64,000 nt of DNA from an uncultured bacterium (GTDB lineage Bacteria; Zixibacteria; MSB-5A5; UBA10806): assembly GCA_965602185.1 (NCBI GenBank), contig CBFCYP010000001.1, positions 1,413-65,412 of the forward strand. Reading direction: 5' to 3'. The notes under the pieces are model-generated. The model had not been told where the DNA came from. It saw nothing but the letters and a program-made list of their open reading frames with translations, and made no database searches. Of this stretch, positions 27,375 to 37,115 are shown one piece after another; positions within the stretch are counted from its first letter, which is position 1, and each line of letters starts with the position of its first letter. The position numbers were made by a program, and so were the translations under genes.

Positions 27375-28106
27375 ATGATAAAAGGAATTTACAGTTCGGC
27401 CTCGGGCATGCTCCCGAGGATTCTCAAGCAGGAAACCTTTGCCAACAACATGGCCAACGTTAATACTCCGGGCTTTAAAAAGGATGGAGTGTTTTTGCAG
27501 GTTCTGGATAAAGTCGCCCAAAAAGAGATCATAACCGATCATCCCTGGGAAGTACCCATGGTTGACGATATCTATATCGATTTTTCCCAGGGCGATCTCG
27601 AAAAAACGAATGTCGATACGAATTTCGCTATTGACGGCGACGGTTTTTTCGCGGTTCAGACGGAATCGGGAATAATGTATACAAGGTCAGGCGATTTCTC
27701 CCTTTCGCCGCAGGGAATTTTGGTTGATAAAAATGGAAATCAAGTATTAACCGACTCCGGGCCGTTGACCATACAGGCCGATTCTTTCATGGTCAGCGAT
27801 GACGGCACCGTAACGATTAATGAATTCGCGGCGGGGCGGATGAGGGTTGTCGATTTCGAAAAACCTTATCAGTTGAAAAAGGCAGGAGATTCTTATCTGG
27901 TACCCCCGGATCCCTCCGTCGTGGAAAGACCGGCAGCCGACTACAGAATCCGGCAGGGATATCTTGAAAAATCAAATGTAAACGTGGTCGAGGTAATGGT
28001 CGATATGCTCTCGTCTTTCAGGGCTTACGAGGCGGGGCAAAAAGCCATACAGTCACAGGACGAAACCCTGGATAAGGCCGTGAACGATCTGGGAAGATCA
28101 GCATAG
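27375..28106 (+). CDS. flgF: Flagellar basal-body rod protein FlgF
   Basis: N-terminal rod motif (SASGMLPRILKQETFANNMANVNTPGFKKD) and a C-terminal rod domain. Confidence 0.88.
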   Translation: MIKGIYSSASGMLPRILKQETFANNMANVNTPGFKKDGVFLQVLDKVAQKEIITDHPWEVPMVDDIYIDFSQGDLEKTNVDTNFAIDGDGFFAVQTESGIMYTRSGDFSLSPQGILVDKNGNQVLTDSGPLTIQADSFMVSDDGTVTINEFAAGRMRVVDFEKPYQLKKAGDSYLVPPDPSVVERPAADYRIRQGYLEKSNVNVVEVMVDMLSSFRAYEAGQKAIQSQDETLDKAVNDLGRSA

Positions 28107-28119
28107 ACTGGAGGATTAG

Positions 28120-28908
28120 ATGATAAAGGCAATGAGAACCGCGGCTTCCGGAATGGCGGCCCAGCAGCTCAACGTCGACACCATTTCGAATAATCTGGCT
28201 AACGTGAACAGCACCGGCTATAAAAAATCGAAAGTCGAGTTCCAGGATGTTTTATACCAGACGCTCAGGGGATCGGGCGCCGAATCGGCCGCCGGAACCA
28301 GTACTCCCGTGGGGCTGGATGTGGGTTACGGCGTAAAACCGTCCGCGACACAAAGATCATTCACGCAGGGGACCCTGCAGGCGTCGGGCAATCCCCTGGA
28401 TCTCTCGATAGACGGCGAAGGATTTTTCCAGGTGTTGCTTCCCGACGGCGAGGCGGCCTATACCCGTGACGGCGCATTCAAATTATCGGCCGACGGTCAG
28501 ATTGTGACATCGGACGGGATGTTTGTCCAGCCCGGCATTACTATTCCGGCGGACGCCGAGCTTATTATGGTCAGCAATGACGGGCTTATAGCAGTCAGAG
28601 TTCCGGGTGACGCGGAAGCGCAGGAGATAGGGCAGATCGAACTGGCGAAATTCGTTAACGCCGCCGGCCTCGAAGCCATCGGACATAATCTTTTTAGCGA
28701 AACCGCCGCTTCCGGTGTACCAATGCTGGGCAATCCCACTCTTGAAGGTTTCGGAAGAATCAACCAGGGATACCTGGAGATGTCCAACGTCGAAATCGTG
28801 GAAGAAATGGTCAATATGATAATCGCGCAGCGGGCTTATGAGATTAACTCCAAGGCGATCCAGACCTCCGAACAGATGATCGAAATCGCCAACAATCTGA
28901 AGAGGTAA
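28120..28908 (+). CDS. flgG: Flagellar distal rod protein FlgG
   Basis: MIKAMRTAASGMAAQQLNVDTISNNLANVNSTGYKK; C-terminus GYLEMSNVEIVEEMVNMIIAQRAYEINSKAIQTS. Confidence 0.93.
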   Translation: MIKAMRTAASGMAAQQLNVDTISNNLANVNSTGYKKSKVEFQDVLYQTLRGSGAESAAGTSTPVGLDVGYGVKPSATQRSFTQGTLQASGNPLDLSIDGEGFFQVLLPDGEAAYTRDGAFKLSADGQIVTSDGMFVQPGITIPADAELIMVSNDGLIAVRVPGDAEAQEIGQIELAKFVNAAGLEAIGHNLFSETAASGVPMLGNPTLEGFGRINQGYLEMSNVEIVEEMVNMIIAQRAYEINSKAIQTSEQMIEIANNLKR

Positions 28909-28909
28909 A

Positions 28910-29584
28910 ATGAGGATATTTCTTCTTCCGATTATTCTTATTTCCATAACCTCAGCGGACGTTGAAAAGGCAGTTCTTGACCATTTAAACGGGCATTTTC
29001 CGCTTTCTGACGCCGAGTATGTTTGTGATTTCTCAAGAATGGATCTTTCCAGGGTGCCGGAGGCCGATAGTGTCGATATAACCGGGTATGGTAAGGAGAG
29101 GCCCCGGGGCCAGGTCGTGGTATTTTTCTCATTTTTTAATAAAGGCGAACGGGTCTATAAGACCAATGGCACCGTAAGAGTCGGAATATTGAAAAGGGTT
29201 TTAACCTCCGCGATTCCGATAAAACCGGGCGAACCTTTTTCGGAAGAAAATGTCAGATATGAAATTCGTGATATCGCCTCCGTTATTAACGAACCGGTTG
29301 TATCGACAGAAGAAACCTCGGATAAGATCGCGTCAAAATACATACCCTCGGGAAAGATCATAACAAGATCGTCCCTTAAAACGCCTCCCGTCGTTTCTCC
29401 CGGCGATATGGTGGAAATTTTATATGATAGGGGAGCGCTTACCCTTACCGTCGGCGGGATCGTTAAGCAGGAGGGCGCCGGGGGAGACAGGGTCAGGGTA
29501 ATGAATATCGATACCAGAAAAGTAATTTACGCTACGGTCGTCGATTCGGCAACCGTGGCCATAGCGCATAAGGAGGGGATATGA
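28910..29584 (+). CDS. flgA: Flagellar P-ring assembly chaperone FlgA
   Basis: Signal peptide and a C-terminal SAF/FlgA domain (SPGDMVEILYDRGALTLTVGGIVKQEGAGGDRVRVMNIDTRKVIYATV). Confidence 0.8.
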   Translation: MRIFLLPIILISITSADVEKAVLDHLNGHFPLSDAEYVCDFSRMDLSRVPEADSVDITGYGKERPRGQVVVFFSFFNKGERVYKTNGTVRVGILKRVLTSAIPIKPGEPFSEENVRYEIRDIASVINEPVVSTEETSDKIASKYIPSGKIITRSSLKTPPVVSPGDMVEILYDRGALTLTVGGIVKQEGAGGDRVRVMNIDTRKVIYATVVDSATVAIAHKEGI

Positions 29585-30165
29585 AAAGGTGTATCCCGTT
29601 GTTAATTTCGATTTTGCTTTTAGTCGCAGGTTACGCAAAAGCCGGGCCTTTCGATGAGGCCAACGGCAAATCGCTCTACACCGATATCAAAGCCCATAAA
29701 ATCGGGGATATATTAACCGTAATCATATCCGAAAACGCCCGGGCTTCAAACAAAGCCAAATCGACTACGAAGAAATCCACCGCCGCCTCCATTGACGGCG
29801 GCCCCGGATTAGGAGGGCTCGATTTCTTCGCGCCATTCAGCATGGGAGTTGAAAACGAAAGCGAGTTCGACGGTGAAGGCAGGACCGAGAAAAATGGGAG
29901 CCTGACCGCTCAAATGACCGTCAAGGTCATAGGGATGAATCCCAACGGCGATCTCCTGGTCGAGGGGCACCGGATACTGGATATCAATAACGATCAGGAA
30001 ACGCTGTTCCTTTCCGGGATCGTCCGTGAAAAAGACGTAACGCCCGCCAACACTATCTATTCCTACCAGATTGGCGACGCTGAGATTTCGTACAAAGGCA
30101 AAGGGCAATCGCATGACGGTTCGCGCCCGGGATTTTTCACGAGAATTATAAACTGGTTGTTTTAA
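29581..30165 (+). CDS. flgH: Flagellar L-ring protein FlgH
   Basis: Lipoprotein-like signal; FlgH motifs KAHKIGDILTVIISENARAS and LLVEGHRILDINNDQETLFLSGIVR. Confidence 0.9.
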   Translation: MKRCIPLLISILLLVAGYAKAGPFDEANGKSLYTDIKAHKIGDILTVIISENARASNKAKSTTKKSTAASIDGGPGLGGLDFFAPFSMGVENESEFDGEGRTEKNGSLTAQMTVKVIGMNPNGDLLVEGHRILDINNDQETLFLSGIVREKDVTPANTIYSYQIGDAEISYKGKGQSHDGSRPGFFTRIINWLF

Positions 30166-30167
30166 TT

Positions 30168-31283
30168 ATGAAAAATAAAATCAAAAAGAGATCGCTCATT
30201 GCCTTTACGCTGCTATTTGTCGTCTGGCAGTCGGCCATATCCGGCGTAAGGCTCAAGGATATCGCCGGCTTTCAACTCGACAACGATATACAGCTGATAG
30301 GCTATGGCCTGGTGGTCGGACTTGACGGTACCGGCGATTCCAAAAGCACGGTTTTCACTCTTCAAACGCTCACCAACATGATGGAGAGAATGGGAATAAC
30401 TCTATCCCCCGATAAGGTGAAAGTTAAAAACGTCGCGGCGGTTATGGTTACGGCGCAGCTGCCGTCCTTCGCGCGGTTCGGTTCGAAAATCGATTGTACC
30501 GTATCGTCCCTGGGCGACGCCAGTTCACTGCAGGGCGGAATGCTTTTAATCACGCAACTTTCCGGTACCGATGGTGTTGTATACGCGACGGCGCAGGGCC
30601 CGATCTCCATCGGCGGCTTTAACGCGCAAACAACCGGCGGAGACAAAATTACCGAGAATTATGCTCTCGTGGGAAGAATACCGGGCGGGGCCATAATAGA
30701 AAAAGAACGGCCTGTCAAAGCGAACCCCGAATTTTTATCCATTAACCTGTTTAATCCCGATTTTACGACCTGCAGACGGGCGGCGGACAAGATAAATGCC
30801 GTCATCGAGCCGGGCGCGGCGGTGGCCAGAAATGAAGGCAGCCTGACAGTGAGAATCCCCTCCGCTTTCAGAACCCCGGGAGGGCTGGTTAATCTCATTT
30901 CAAGGATGGAATCGCTTGAGGTGATTCCCGACGCGGTGGCGAGAGTCGTGATTAACGAAAAGACCGGGACCATTGTGGCCGGTGAGTATGTCACATTGTC
31001 CGCGGTGGCCCTGGCTCATGGCAATCTCAAAATAGAAATAAAGGCCGAACCGCAGGTGTCTCAACCGGAACCGTTTTCCAGGGGAAGGACAGTGCTGACC
31101 CGCGACTCGGAGATCATCGCCGAAGCCGAGGAAGCGCGTATTATAAAATTCGAGGAAAAAGCCAATATAGGCGACCTGGCTGAAGCGTTAAATGAAATCG
31201 GCGCCACGCCGAGAGATATAATCGCAATATTCCAGGCCTTGAAACTCGCCGGGGCTTTACGGGCGGAACTGGTTATCATGTAA
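30168..31283 (+). CDS. flgI: Flagellar P-ring protein FlgI
   Basis: Signal peptide and RLKDIAGFQLDNDIQLIGYGLVVGLDGTGDS. Confidence 0.93.
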   Translation: MKNKIKKRSLIAFTLLFVVWQSAISGVRLKDIAGFQLDNDIQLIGYGLVVGLDGTGDSKSTVFTLQTLTNMMERMGITLSPDKVKVKNVAAVMVTAQLPSFARFGSKIDCTVSSLGDASSLQGGMLLITQLSGTDGVVYATAQGPISIGGFNAQTTGGDKITENYALVGRIPGGAIIEKERPVKANPEFLSINLFNPDFTTCRRAADKINAVIEPGAAVARNEGSLTVRIPSAFRTPGGLVNLISRMESLEVIPDAVARVVINEKTGTIVAGEYVTLSAVALAHGNLKIEIKAEPQVSQPEPFSRGRTVLTRDSEIIAEAEEARIIKFEEKANIGDLAEALNEIGATPRDIIAIFQALKLAGALRAELVIM

Positions 31284-32176
31284 TGAAAATTTATAACCCG
31301 AATATAGCCAGGTTTCTGGCGCAATCGAAACTCGACGAGCTCACAAAGCCACCGTCGGATGTTCAGCGGGATATCAAGCTCCAGAAACTGAAAAAGGCCT
31401 GCCGTGATTTTGAGGCGATTTTCATTTCCTACATGCTCAAGGCCATGAACAAAACCACGGAAAACTCCGAGCTGTTCGGCAATGGTCTTGGCGGGGATAT
31501 TTACCGGGAAATCTTTAATGAAAAACTTGCCGAACATCTCTCTCAAACCGGGGAGTTTAAAATAGGCGATATCATTTACCAGAAATATGCCGAAATGCTC
31601 AATCGCGGAGAGGAAAACACCGATTCCAAAATCGCGGATAAATTAAAAGATATCCCTCCGCTAAATACAACAGCACTCCGCGGTTTTGTGCCTTTAAATC
31701 CTGAACCGGATCAAACCAGAGCCGAAATTATACCGCCGAAGAGCGGAAGCGGTTCCGCGAGACGAGCAAACGAACCACCCGGAGGACGTGAGTTTTTATC
31801 GGAATACAAGGATACCATAGATAAGGCGGCCAGGGAGTTTGGCGTGGACACATCATTGATAAAAGCGGTCATCAGGCAGGAATCGGCGGGAGATCCCGGA
31901 GCCGTTTCCCACAAAGGCGCCAAAGGCTTAATGCAGCTTATAGATTCGACGGCGGCCATAATGGGGGTAAGAGATCCTTTTAATCCGGCTCAGAATATTA
32001 TGGGAGGGGTGAAGTACCTTTCTATGTTGATTAAGAGGTTTGGCGGAGATTTAAAAAAGGCGCTGGCGTCGTATAACGCCGGACCCGCCGCGGTGGAGAA
32101 GTATAAGGGTGTTCCGCCGTTTCCCGAGACGATTAAGTATGTTGAAAATGTGCTGTCGAGCATGAGCTCGGAATAA
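31283..32176 (+). CDS. flgJ: FlgJ rod-binding domain fused to a family-1 lytic transglycosylase (SLT/GH23) domain
   Basis: N-terminal rod-binding motif (CRDFEAIFISYMLKAMNKT...GGDIYREIF). C-terminal SLT motifs AVIRQESAGDPGAVSHKGAKGLMQLIDSTAA and YNAGPAAVEKYKGVPPFPETIKYVENV. No GH73 glucosaminidase domain is present. Confidence 0.8.
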   Translation: MKIYNPNIARFLAQSKLDELTKPPSDVQRDIKLQKLKKACRDFEAIFISYMLKAMNKTTENSELFGNGLGGDIYREIFNEKLAEHLSQTGEFKIGDIIYQKYAEMLNRGEENTDSKIADKLKDIPPLNTTALRGFVPLNPEPDQTRAEIIPPKSGSGSARRANEPPGGREFLSEYKDTIDKAAREFGVDTSLIKAVIRQESAGDPGAVSHKGAKGLMQLIDSTAAIMGVRDPFNPAQNIMGGVKYLSMLIKRFGGDLKKALASYNAGPAAVEKYKGVPPFPETIKYVENVLSSMSSE

Positions 32177-32198
32177 ATATGTAATAAATCACGATATT

Positions 32199-32720
32199 AT
32201 GCCGATGGAAATTATGATGGAAAGAGAATTGCGCGAGCTCGAAGGTATCCTCAAAGCGGAGCAAAAGCTGTTCGCGGTATATCTCGAAAAATTGACCGAG
32301 CAACAGCAGCGTCTTATCGAGAACGATTTAAAGGGTTTGAGAGACAGTGTTGAGAAAATAAGTCTTCTGGCGCAAGAGGCTCTGACGCTGGAAAACGGCC
32401 GCAAAAACGTGATAGCGAGAATATCGGAAAAATTAAAAGTCGATAAGAACAATATCACTCTGACCAAACTTCTCGAGCGGTTCCAGGGGCGGAATTTCGA
32501 GGATCTGGAACATTTAAGAAACGCCATCCTGGATACGCACGTAAAGGTCGCCGCCCAGAGAGAACGCAATGAGCTTTTGATAAACCAATCGATGAATGTA
32601 ATCAAGCAGACCGTTGATTATCTCAACGAGAGAAATAATCCCAGAGTCACTTACGATAATCCAACCAGAAAGAACAGTGTCGGTTCCGCCAAAAGAGGTT
32701 TGCTGACAAGGACGGCGTAA
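32199..32720 (+). CDS. flgN: FlgN-like flagellar export chaperone (for FlgK/FlgL)
   Basis: 173-aa helical protein immediately upstream of flgK, with typical FlgN size and context. Confidence 0.55.
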   Translation: MPMEIMMERELRELEGILKAEQKLFAVYLEKLTEQQQRLIENDLKGLRDSVEKISLLAQEALTLENGRKNVIARISEKLKVDKNNITLTKLLERFQGRNFEDLEHLRNAILDTHVKVAAQRERNELLINQSMNVIKQTVDYLNERNNPRVTYDNPTRKNSVGSAKRGLLTRTA

Positions 32721-32721
32721 T

Positions 32722-34116
32722 ATGTATGGACCCAATGTAGGATTGGAAATTGGCAGGAGGGCTCTACTGGCGCAGCAGTTATCCCTTAACCTGACCGGAC
32801 ATAATATTGCCAACGTGAACACGCCCGGTTTCAGCCGTCAGGACGCGATATATTCGACAACAGCGCCCATGAAGTCGCTTTTCGGCCACGCCGGTACCGG
32901 CGTTAATATAGATGAGATCCGGCGGATAAGATCTGTTTTCCTCGATCAGCAATACAGAAGCGAATCGCATCGTCTGGGCAAATGGCAGTTCCTGGCTCGT
33001 ACCTGGCAGCAAATCGAGGGGATATACCAGGAGCCGGATGATACCGGTATGTCGGCGCAACTGGATAAATTCTGGAACTCCTGGCAGGATCTGGCCAATA
33101 ATCCCGAAAGCGAATCAGCGCGAGTGGCTTTAAGGGAACAGTCATCATTGCTCATAAATTCCTTTCATCAGCTTTCAACCCAGCTGAGCGATTTAAGAGA
33201 TTCGCTCGATGCCGATATTACGACTCTGGCGTCGCAGATCAATACGACCGCGGAACAGATTGCCGAACTCAACGGCAATATAAAGGCCGCCGAACTTACC
33301 GGACATTCGGCCAACGATTTGCGCGACAGACGAGATCACCTTGTCGATCAGCTTTCCATGTGGATCAACGTCAGCGTCCTCGAACAGCCGTCCGGGTCAT
33401 ATACCGTTCTGATGGGTGGAATGGCTCTGGTCGACGGTAACTCAAACCTCGAGCTCGGTATGGAGGTTGAATCCACCGGCTCAAACGTAACGCACAGGTT
33501 GTTTTTCAAAGGCACCGGCATCGATGTTTTAAATCCCGGAGGCGAGCTCGAAGGTATTCTTGAAGCTCGAGACCATCTCGTCATCGATCAGCAGGCCGAA
33601 CTGGATTTATTGGCGGTCGCGCTGGTGGAAGCGGTTAACAATATGCACCGTCAGGGTTACGGTCTGAACGGCGAGACCGGTATCGATTTCTTCGACCCCG
33701 ATACCACCGGCGCCGATGATATAAACCTGAATTATCCGATATTGACCGATGTGAATAACATCGCCGCCGGTCTTAACGGCGAAACCGGCGACAATGCGAA
33801 TGCCCTGGGTATCGCCGCGTTGAGAGATCGGCTCTTGATGAGAAACGGCGAGGCGACATTTAACGAATACTATAGTTCTCTGATCGGAAAGGTTGGCGTT
33901 AAGGCTAAAGAGGCCCAGAATCACGAGGCCAACCAGCTGGCGCTGTTATCACAAATAGACAATTCCAGGGAATCTTTAAGCGGCGTGTCCCTCGACGAGG
34001 AAATGACAAATATGATTATGTTTCAACACGCCTATGAAGCTGCCGCCCGGGTAATTAGCGTGATGGATTCGGCGTTAAACACTGTAATCAACGAGATGGG
34101 GCTGAGGAATTATTAA
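32722..34116 (+). CDS. flgK: Flagellar hook-associated protein 1 FlgK
   Basis: N-terminus LEIGRRALLAQQLSLNLTGHNIANVNTPGFSRQ; C-terminus MIMFQHAYEAAARVISVMDSALNTVINEMG. Confidence 0.92.
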   Translation: MYGPNVGLEIGRRALLAQQLSLNLTGHNIANVNTPGFSRQDAIYSTTAPMKSLFGHAGTGVNIDEIRRIRSVFLDQQYRSESHRLGKWQFLARTWQQIEGIYQEPDDTGMSAQLDKFWNSWQDLANNPESESARVALREQSSLLINSFHQLSTQLSDLRDSLDADITTLASQINTTAEQIAELNGNIKAAELTGHSANDLRDRRDHLVDQLSMWINVSVLEQPSGSYTVLMGGMALVDGNSNLELGMEVESTGSNVTHRLFFKGTGIDVLNPGGELEGILEARDHLVIDQQAELDLLAVALVEAVNNMHRQGYGLNGETGIDFFDPDTTGADDINLNYPILTDVNNIAAGLNGETGDNANALGIAALRDRLLMRNGEATFNEYYSSLIGKVGVKAKEAQNHEANQLALLSQIDNSRESLSGVSLDEEMTNMIMFQHAYEAAARVISVMDSALNTVINEMGLRNY

Positions 34117-34146
34117 TGTAAGTAATTCGGGGTCATGGAGGTCCCT

Positions 34147-34401
34147 ATGCTGGTATTGACAAGGAAGTCCGGAGAATCGATAGCGATTGGTAACGACATA
34201 AGGGTGACGATTCTGGGGATAAGCGGGAAACAGGCGAAAATCGGAATCTCCGCCCCGGAGAGAGTCCTCGTTTACAGGGAGGAAATTTTCAAGAAAATCC
34301 AGAGCGAAAATATTAAGGCCTCTATGTCGATTAAGGATGATTTGCAGGAATTAGCCACAATTATTAAAGCGAGAAAACGAAAAAACGATGGTGAAAAATA
34401 A
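34147..34401 (+). CDS. csrA: Carbon storage regulator CsrA (FliW-partnered type)
   Basis: [50 protein letters not shown] at 34147 with a GGAGG RBS; fliW lies downstream. Confidence 0.92.
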   Translation: MLVLTRKSGESIAIGNDIRVTILGISGKQAKIGISAPERVLVYREEIFKKIQSENIKASMSIKDDLQELATIIKARKRKNDGEK

Positions 34402-34598
34402 TGAATGCGGAAATTGAAAAATTTTATATATCTGAAAATTCGTATCCGAATAAAAAAGGGGATTACTGGCAGCATAAGTGCGGGTTATTTCATTGGCACA
34501 TTTCCGGGAGTAACGTGAGCCTGAGTTGCCAGGATCCGGATTTGGAGAAAATAACCTGGCCGAATATTGACAGGAAAGAGATACCCGGAGGACCGTAA
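34401..34598 (+). CDS. Hypothetical 65-aa Cys/His/Trp-rich protein translationally coupled between csrA and flgL
   Basis: TAATG overlaps at both ends (csrA stop/start, then stop/flgL start). Without it the csrA-flgL spacer would be 196 nt. No homologue recognised. Confidence 0.35.
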   Translation: MNAEIEKFYISENSYPNKKGDYWQHKCGLFHWHISGSNVSLSCQDPDLEKITWPNIDRKEIPGGP

Positions 34599-36514
34599 TG
34601 AGAATAACCTCAAATATGATAATGAACACGGTGACTCGAAATCTGGCGCTATCGCAATCGCGGTTCTTAAGGATTCAGACCATGGCCAGTTCGGGCAGGA
34701 GAATAAACAGGCCGTCCGACGATCCTATAGGAATAACCAAGGATCTCGGATTCAGATCCGATTTATCGGAGATATCCCAGTTCAGGAAAAATATCAATCA
34801 GGCTCTTTCCTGGTTTAATTTTTCCGACCAGGCCATGGGCAATATGAATGAGCTGATTTCCAGGGCCAAGGAACTGGCGGTTCAGTTTGCCAATGACACT
34901 TATGACCAGAACGCCCGGGCGGCCGGCGCCACCAATATCAGGGACGTTTTCGAACAGATAATCGAAGCCGCAAACACTCAATTCGAGGGTAATTATATAT
35001 TCTCCGGCACGAGAACCGACGTTTCTCCCTTTATGGTGCTTGCGATGGGAGTCGTATACCGGGGAGATTTTGAGCAGATTTCCCTTGAAACGGAATCATC
35101 CTCATATCTCGGAATAAATTCCATAGGTGCAGAATTTCTCACCGTGGCAAGTCGTACTTTGGGCGATGGGTATGATTTAAATCCCGGTATTCAACCGAAT
35201 CTCTGGCTTGATTATCTTCATGGGGGAAACGGTGTCGATCTGGGTGCGGGTCTTTTCAATGTCCGAACATTAAACGGTGAATATGCCATAGACGTATCGG
35301 CGGCAAGGAATATTCAGGATGTTCTCGACGCGTTAAACGGCGCCGGCATCCCGAATTTTAACGCCAGCATAAGCCTGACCGGAAACAGCATCGCTCTTGA
35401 GGATACATCAAACCATTTAATAAACGTCAACACCCCTCTTTCCATGCTCAACGGTGGATTGGGAGTCGATCAAACACCGGGCCTTATAAGGTTCGGCACC
35501 GGCGGCGGAGTGAGCGTGAACGTCGATATTTCCGGATCCGTCACTATCGGTGATGTTATAAACGCTATAAATACGCAACTGCCGGCGGGCGGGATAAACA
35601 ATGTTACAGCTTCGCTTCATCCGGATAAAAACGTGCTGGTTTTAAACGACAACAACGCTGCGCCACTCAATATCATGATCTCGGAGGGTTCGCCCGGAGG
35701 CCAGACAGCATCCGACCTTGGAATATTGGGCGAAATCGGAACCGTGATGGAGGGGGAAGACCTCGAACCGACTCATATACAGGTGGCTGAAAACGCGCCG
35801 GACGAGAATACTGCCAAATATCTGGGGCTTCTTGGCGAATCACAATACGAACAATATGTTGGAGAAGATCTTAATCCCGAACTGGCGTATTTCACCCTGC
35901 TTTCCTCTCTGAGATCCGGAATGGGATTTCCTCTGGGGAAAATCAGGATAGTCAACGGCGATCTGGTGAAGGACGTCGACTTAACGGCTCTGGGAAATGA
36001 TCCCAACGCCACCATAATGGACGTCATAAATCTGATCAACTCATCGGGAATAGAAGTTGAGGCCAGAATAAATGATCAGCATACCGGAATTCAGATTATT
36101 TCCAAAGTTGAAGATAGGTCGCTGATGGTAATCGAGGCGGACGGTGGCCAGACCGCGAAGGATCTCGGAATATTCGGATCGCCCGATATTCTGGGCAATC
36201 TGATGGTGTTAGAGAAGGCATTAGAAAACAACGATGTCGACGAGATAGGATTATGTCTGGAAACCTTCGATACCGCGCTGAATAAGGTGTCGATTGCACG
36301 AGCGGAGGTCGGTGCCCGGACAAACCGGGCCGACATGGCTTCATATCGTCAGTTAACTTTCGAATTACAGATTACCGAGCAACTGTCCAATATAGAAGAT
36401 GCCGATATTGCCAAGGTCATAACGGATCTGGCGTCAGCGGAAGCGGCATATCAGGCCGCTCTCGCGTCCGCAGCCAGATTGATTCAACCGTCTTTAATCA
36501 ATTTTCTTAGATAG
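34598..36514 (+). CDS. flgL: Flagellar hook-associated protein 3 FlgL, enlarged (638 aa)
   Basis: Flagellin-like N-terminus MRITSNMIMNTVTRNLALSQSRFLRIQTMASSGRRINRPSDDPIG and conserved C-terminal helices, with a large central insertion. Confidence 0.9.
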   Translation: MRITSNMIMNTVTRNLALSQSRFLRIQTMASSGRRINRPSDDPIGITKDLGFRSDLSEISQFRKNINQALSWFNFSDQAMGNMNELISRAKELAVQFANDTYDQNARAAGATNIRDVFEQIIEAANTQFEGNYIFSGTRTDVSPFMVLAMGVVYRGDFEQISLETESSSYLGINSIGAEFLTVASRTLGDGYDLNPGIQPNLWLDYLHGGNGVDLGAGLFNVRTLNGEYAIDVSAARNIQDVLDALNGAGIPNFNASISLTGNSIALEDTSNHLINVNTPLSMLNGGLGVDQTPGLIRFGTGGGVSVNVDISGSVTIGDVINAINTQLPAGGINNVTASLHPDKNVLVLNDNNAAPLNIMISEGSPGGQTASDLGILGEIGTVMEGEDLEPTHIQVAENAPDENTAKYLGLLGESQYEQYVGEDLNPELAYFTLLSSLRSGMGFPLGKIRIVNGDLVKDVDLTALGNDPNATIMDVINLINSSGIEVEARINDQHTGIQIISKVEDRSLMVIEADGGQTAKDLGIFGSPDILGNLMVLEKALENNDVDEIGLCLETFDTALNKVSIARAEVGARTNRADMASYRQLTFELQITEQLSNIEDADIAKVITDLASAEAAYQAALASAARLIQPSLINFLR

Positions 36515-36523
36515 GAGGGTGCT

Positions 36524-36994
36524 TTGATCGCGGAGACATCGAGATTCGGTAAGATCGAACACGGAAAATCCGGGATTATCACCATGGTCAGAGGAATATT
36601 GGGCTTTGACTCATATATCAGGTTTATAACAGTAAGCTTGAAAGGACAGGAGCCTTTTAAATGGCTGCAATCCCTTGAAGACCCGGATCTGGCGTTTCTG
36701 ATGATTGATCCTCTTTTCTTTAAGCCCGATTATATTGTCGAAATAAATCCCAATGAACTGGTTATGCTGAAAACCAAAAGTATCGACGATATCGCTATTT
36801 TCGTTCTGGTGTCCATACCAAAAGGACAACCGGCATTGATGTCGGCCAACCTGCAGGCGCCTCTGGCTATTAATAAATCCAACATGAAGGCGGCGCAACT
36901 GGTTCTGGGGGAAAGCCATTACACCACGGATCACTCGATTTTTAAGGATCTGGAGCGGAGACTGGTCGAGACTTCAATGTCGGATCACGATTAA
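36524..36994 (+). CDS. fliW: Flagellar assembly factor FliW (CsrA antagonist)
   Basis: 156 aa; FliW-family sequence (GILGFDSYIRFITVSLKGQEPFKWLQSLEDPDLAFLMIDP). Confidence 0.85.
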   Translation: MIAETSRFGKIEHGKSGIITMVRGILGFDSYIRFITVSLKGQEPFKWLQSLEDPDLAFLMIDPLFFKPDYIVEINPNELVMLKTKSIDDIAIFVLVSIPKGQPALMSANLQAPLAINKSNMKAAQLVLGESHYTTDHSIFKDLERRLVETSMSDHD

Positions 36995-37115
36995 CGCCCG
37001 GCGGGAAAGGTTTTCACGGACCGCTTAATACGGTTCAGCTTAAGAGGTCGCCCGCCTGACGGAAATTTTATAAAATCAAAGCAAATACTAACGACAAAAT
37101 AAAAGAGGCGAAATC

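Noticed and set aside
34567-34818. 83-aa + ORF overlapping the flgL start in another frame
   Set aside because: Shadow frame of flgL. The canonical FlgL N-terminus (MRITSNM...) begins at 34598.
36996-37057. Possible terminator after fliW (GCCCGGCGGG ... CGCCCGCC)
   Set aside because: The complementary segments are about 45 nt apart with no U-tract, so this is not a convincing intrinsic terminator. fliW may read through into the glycosylation genes.
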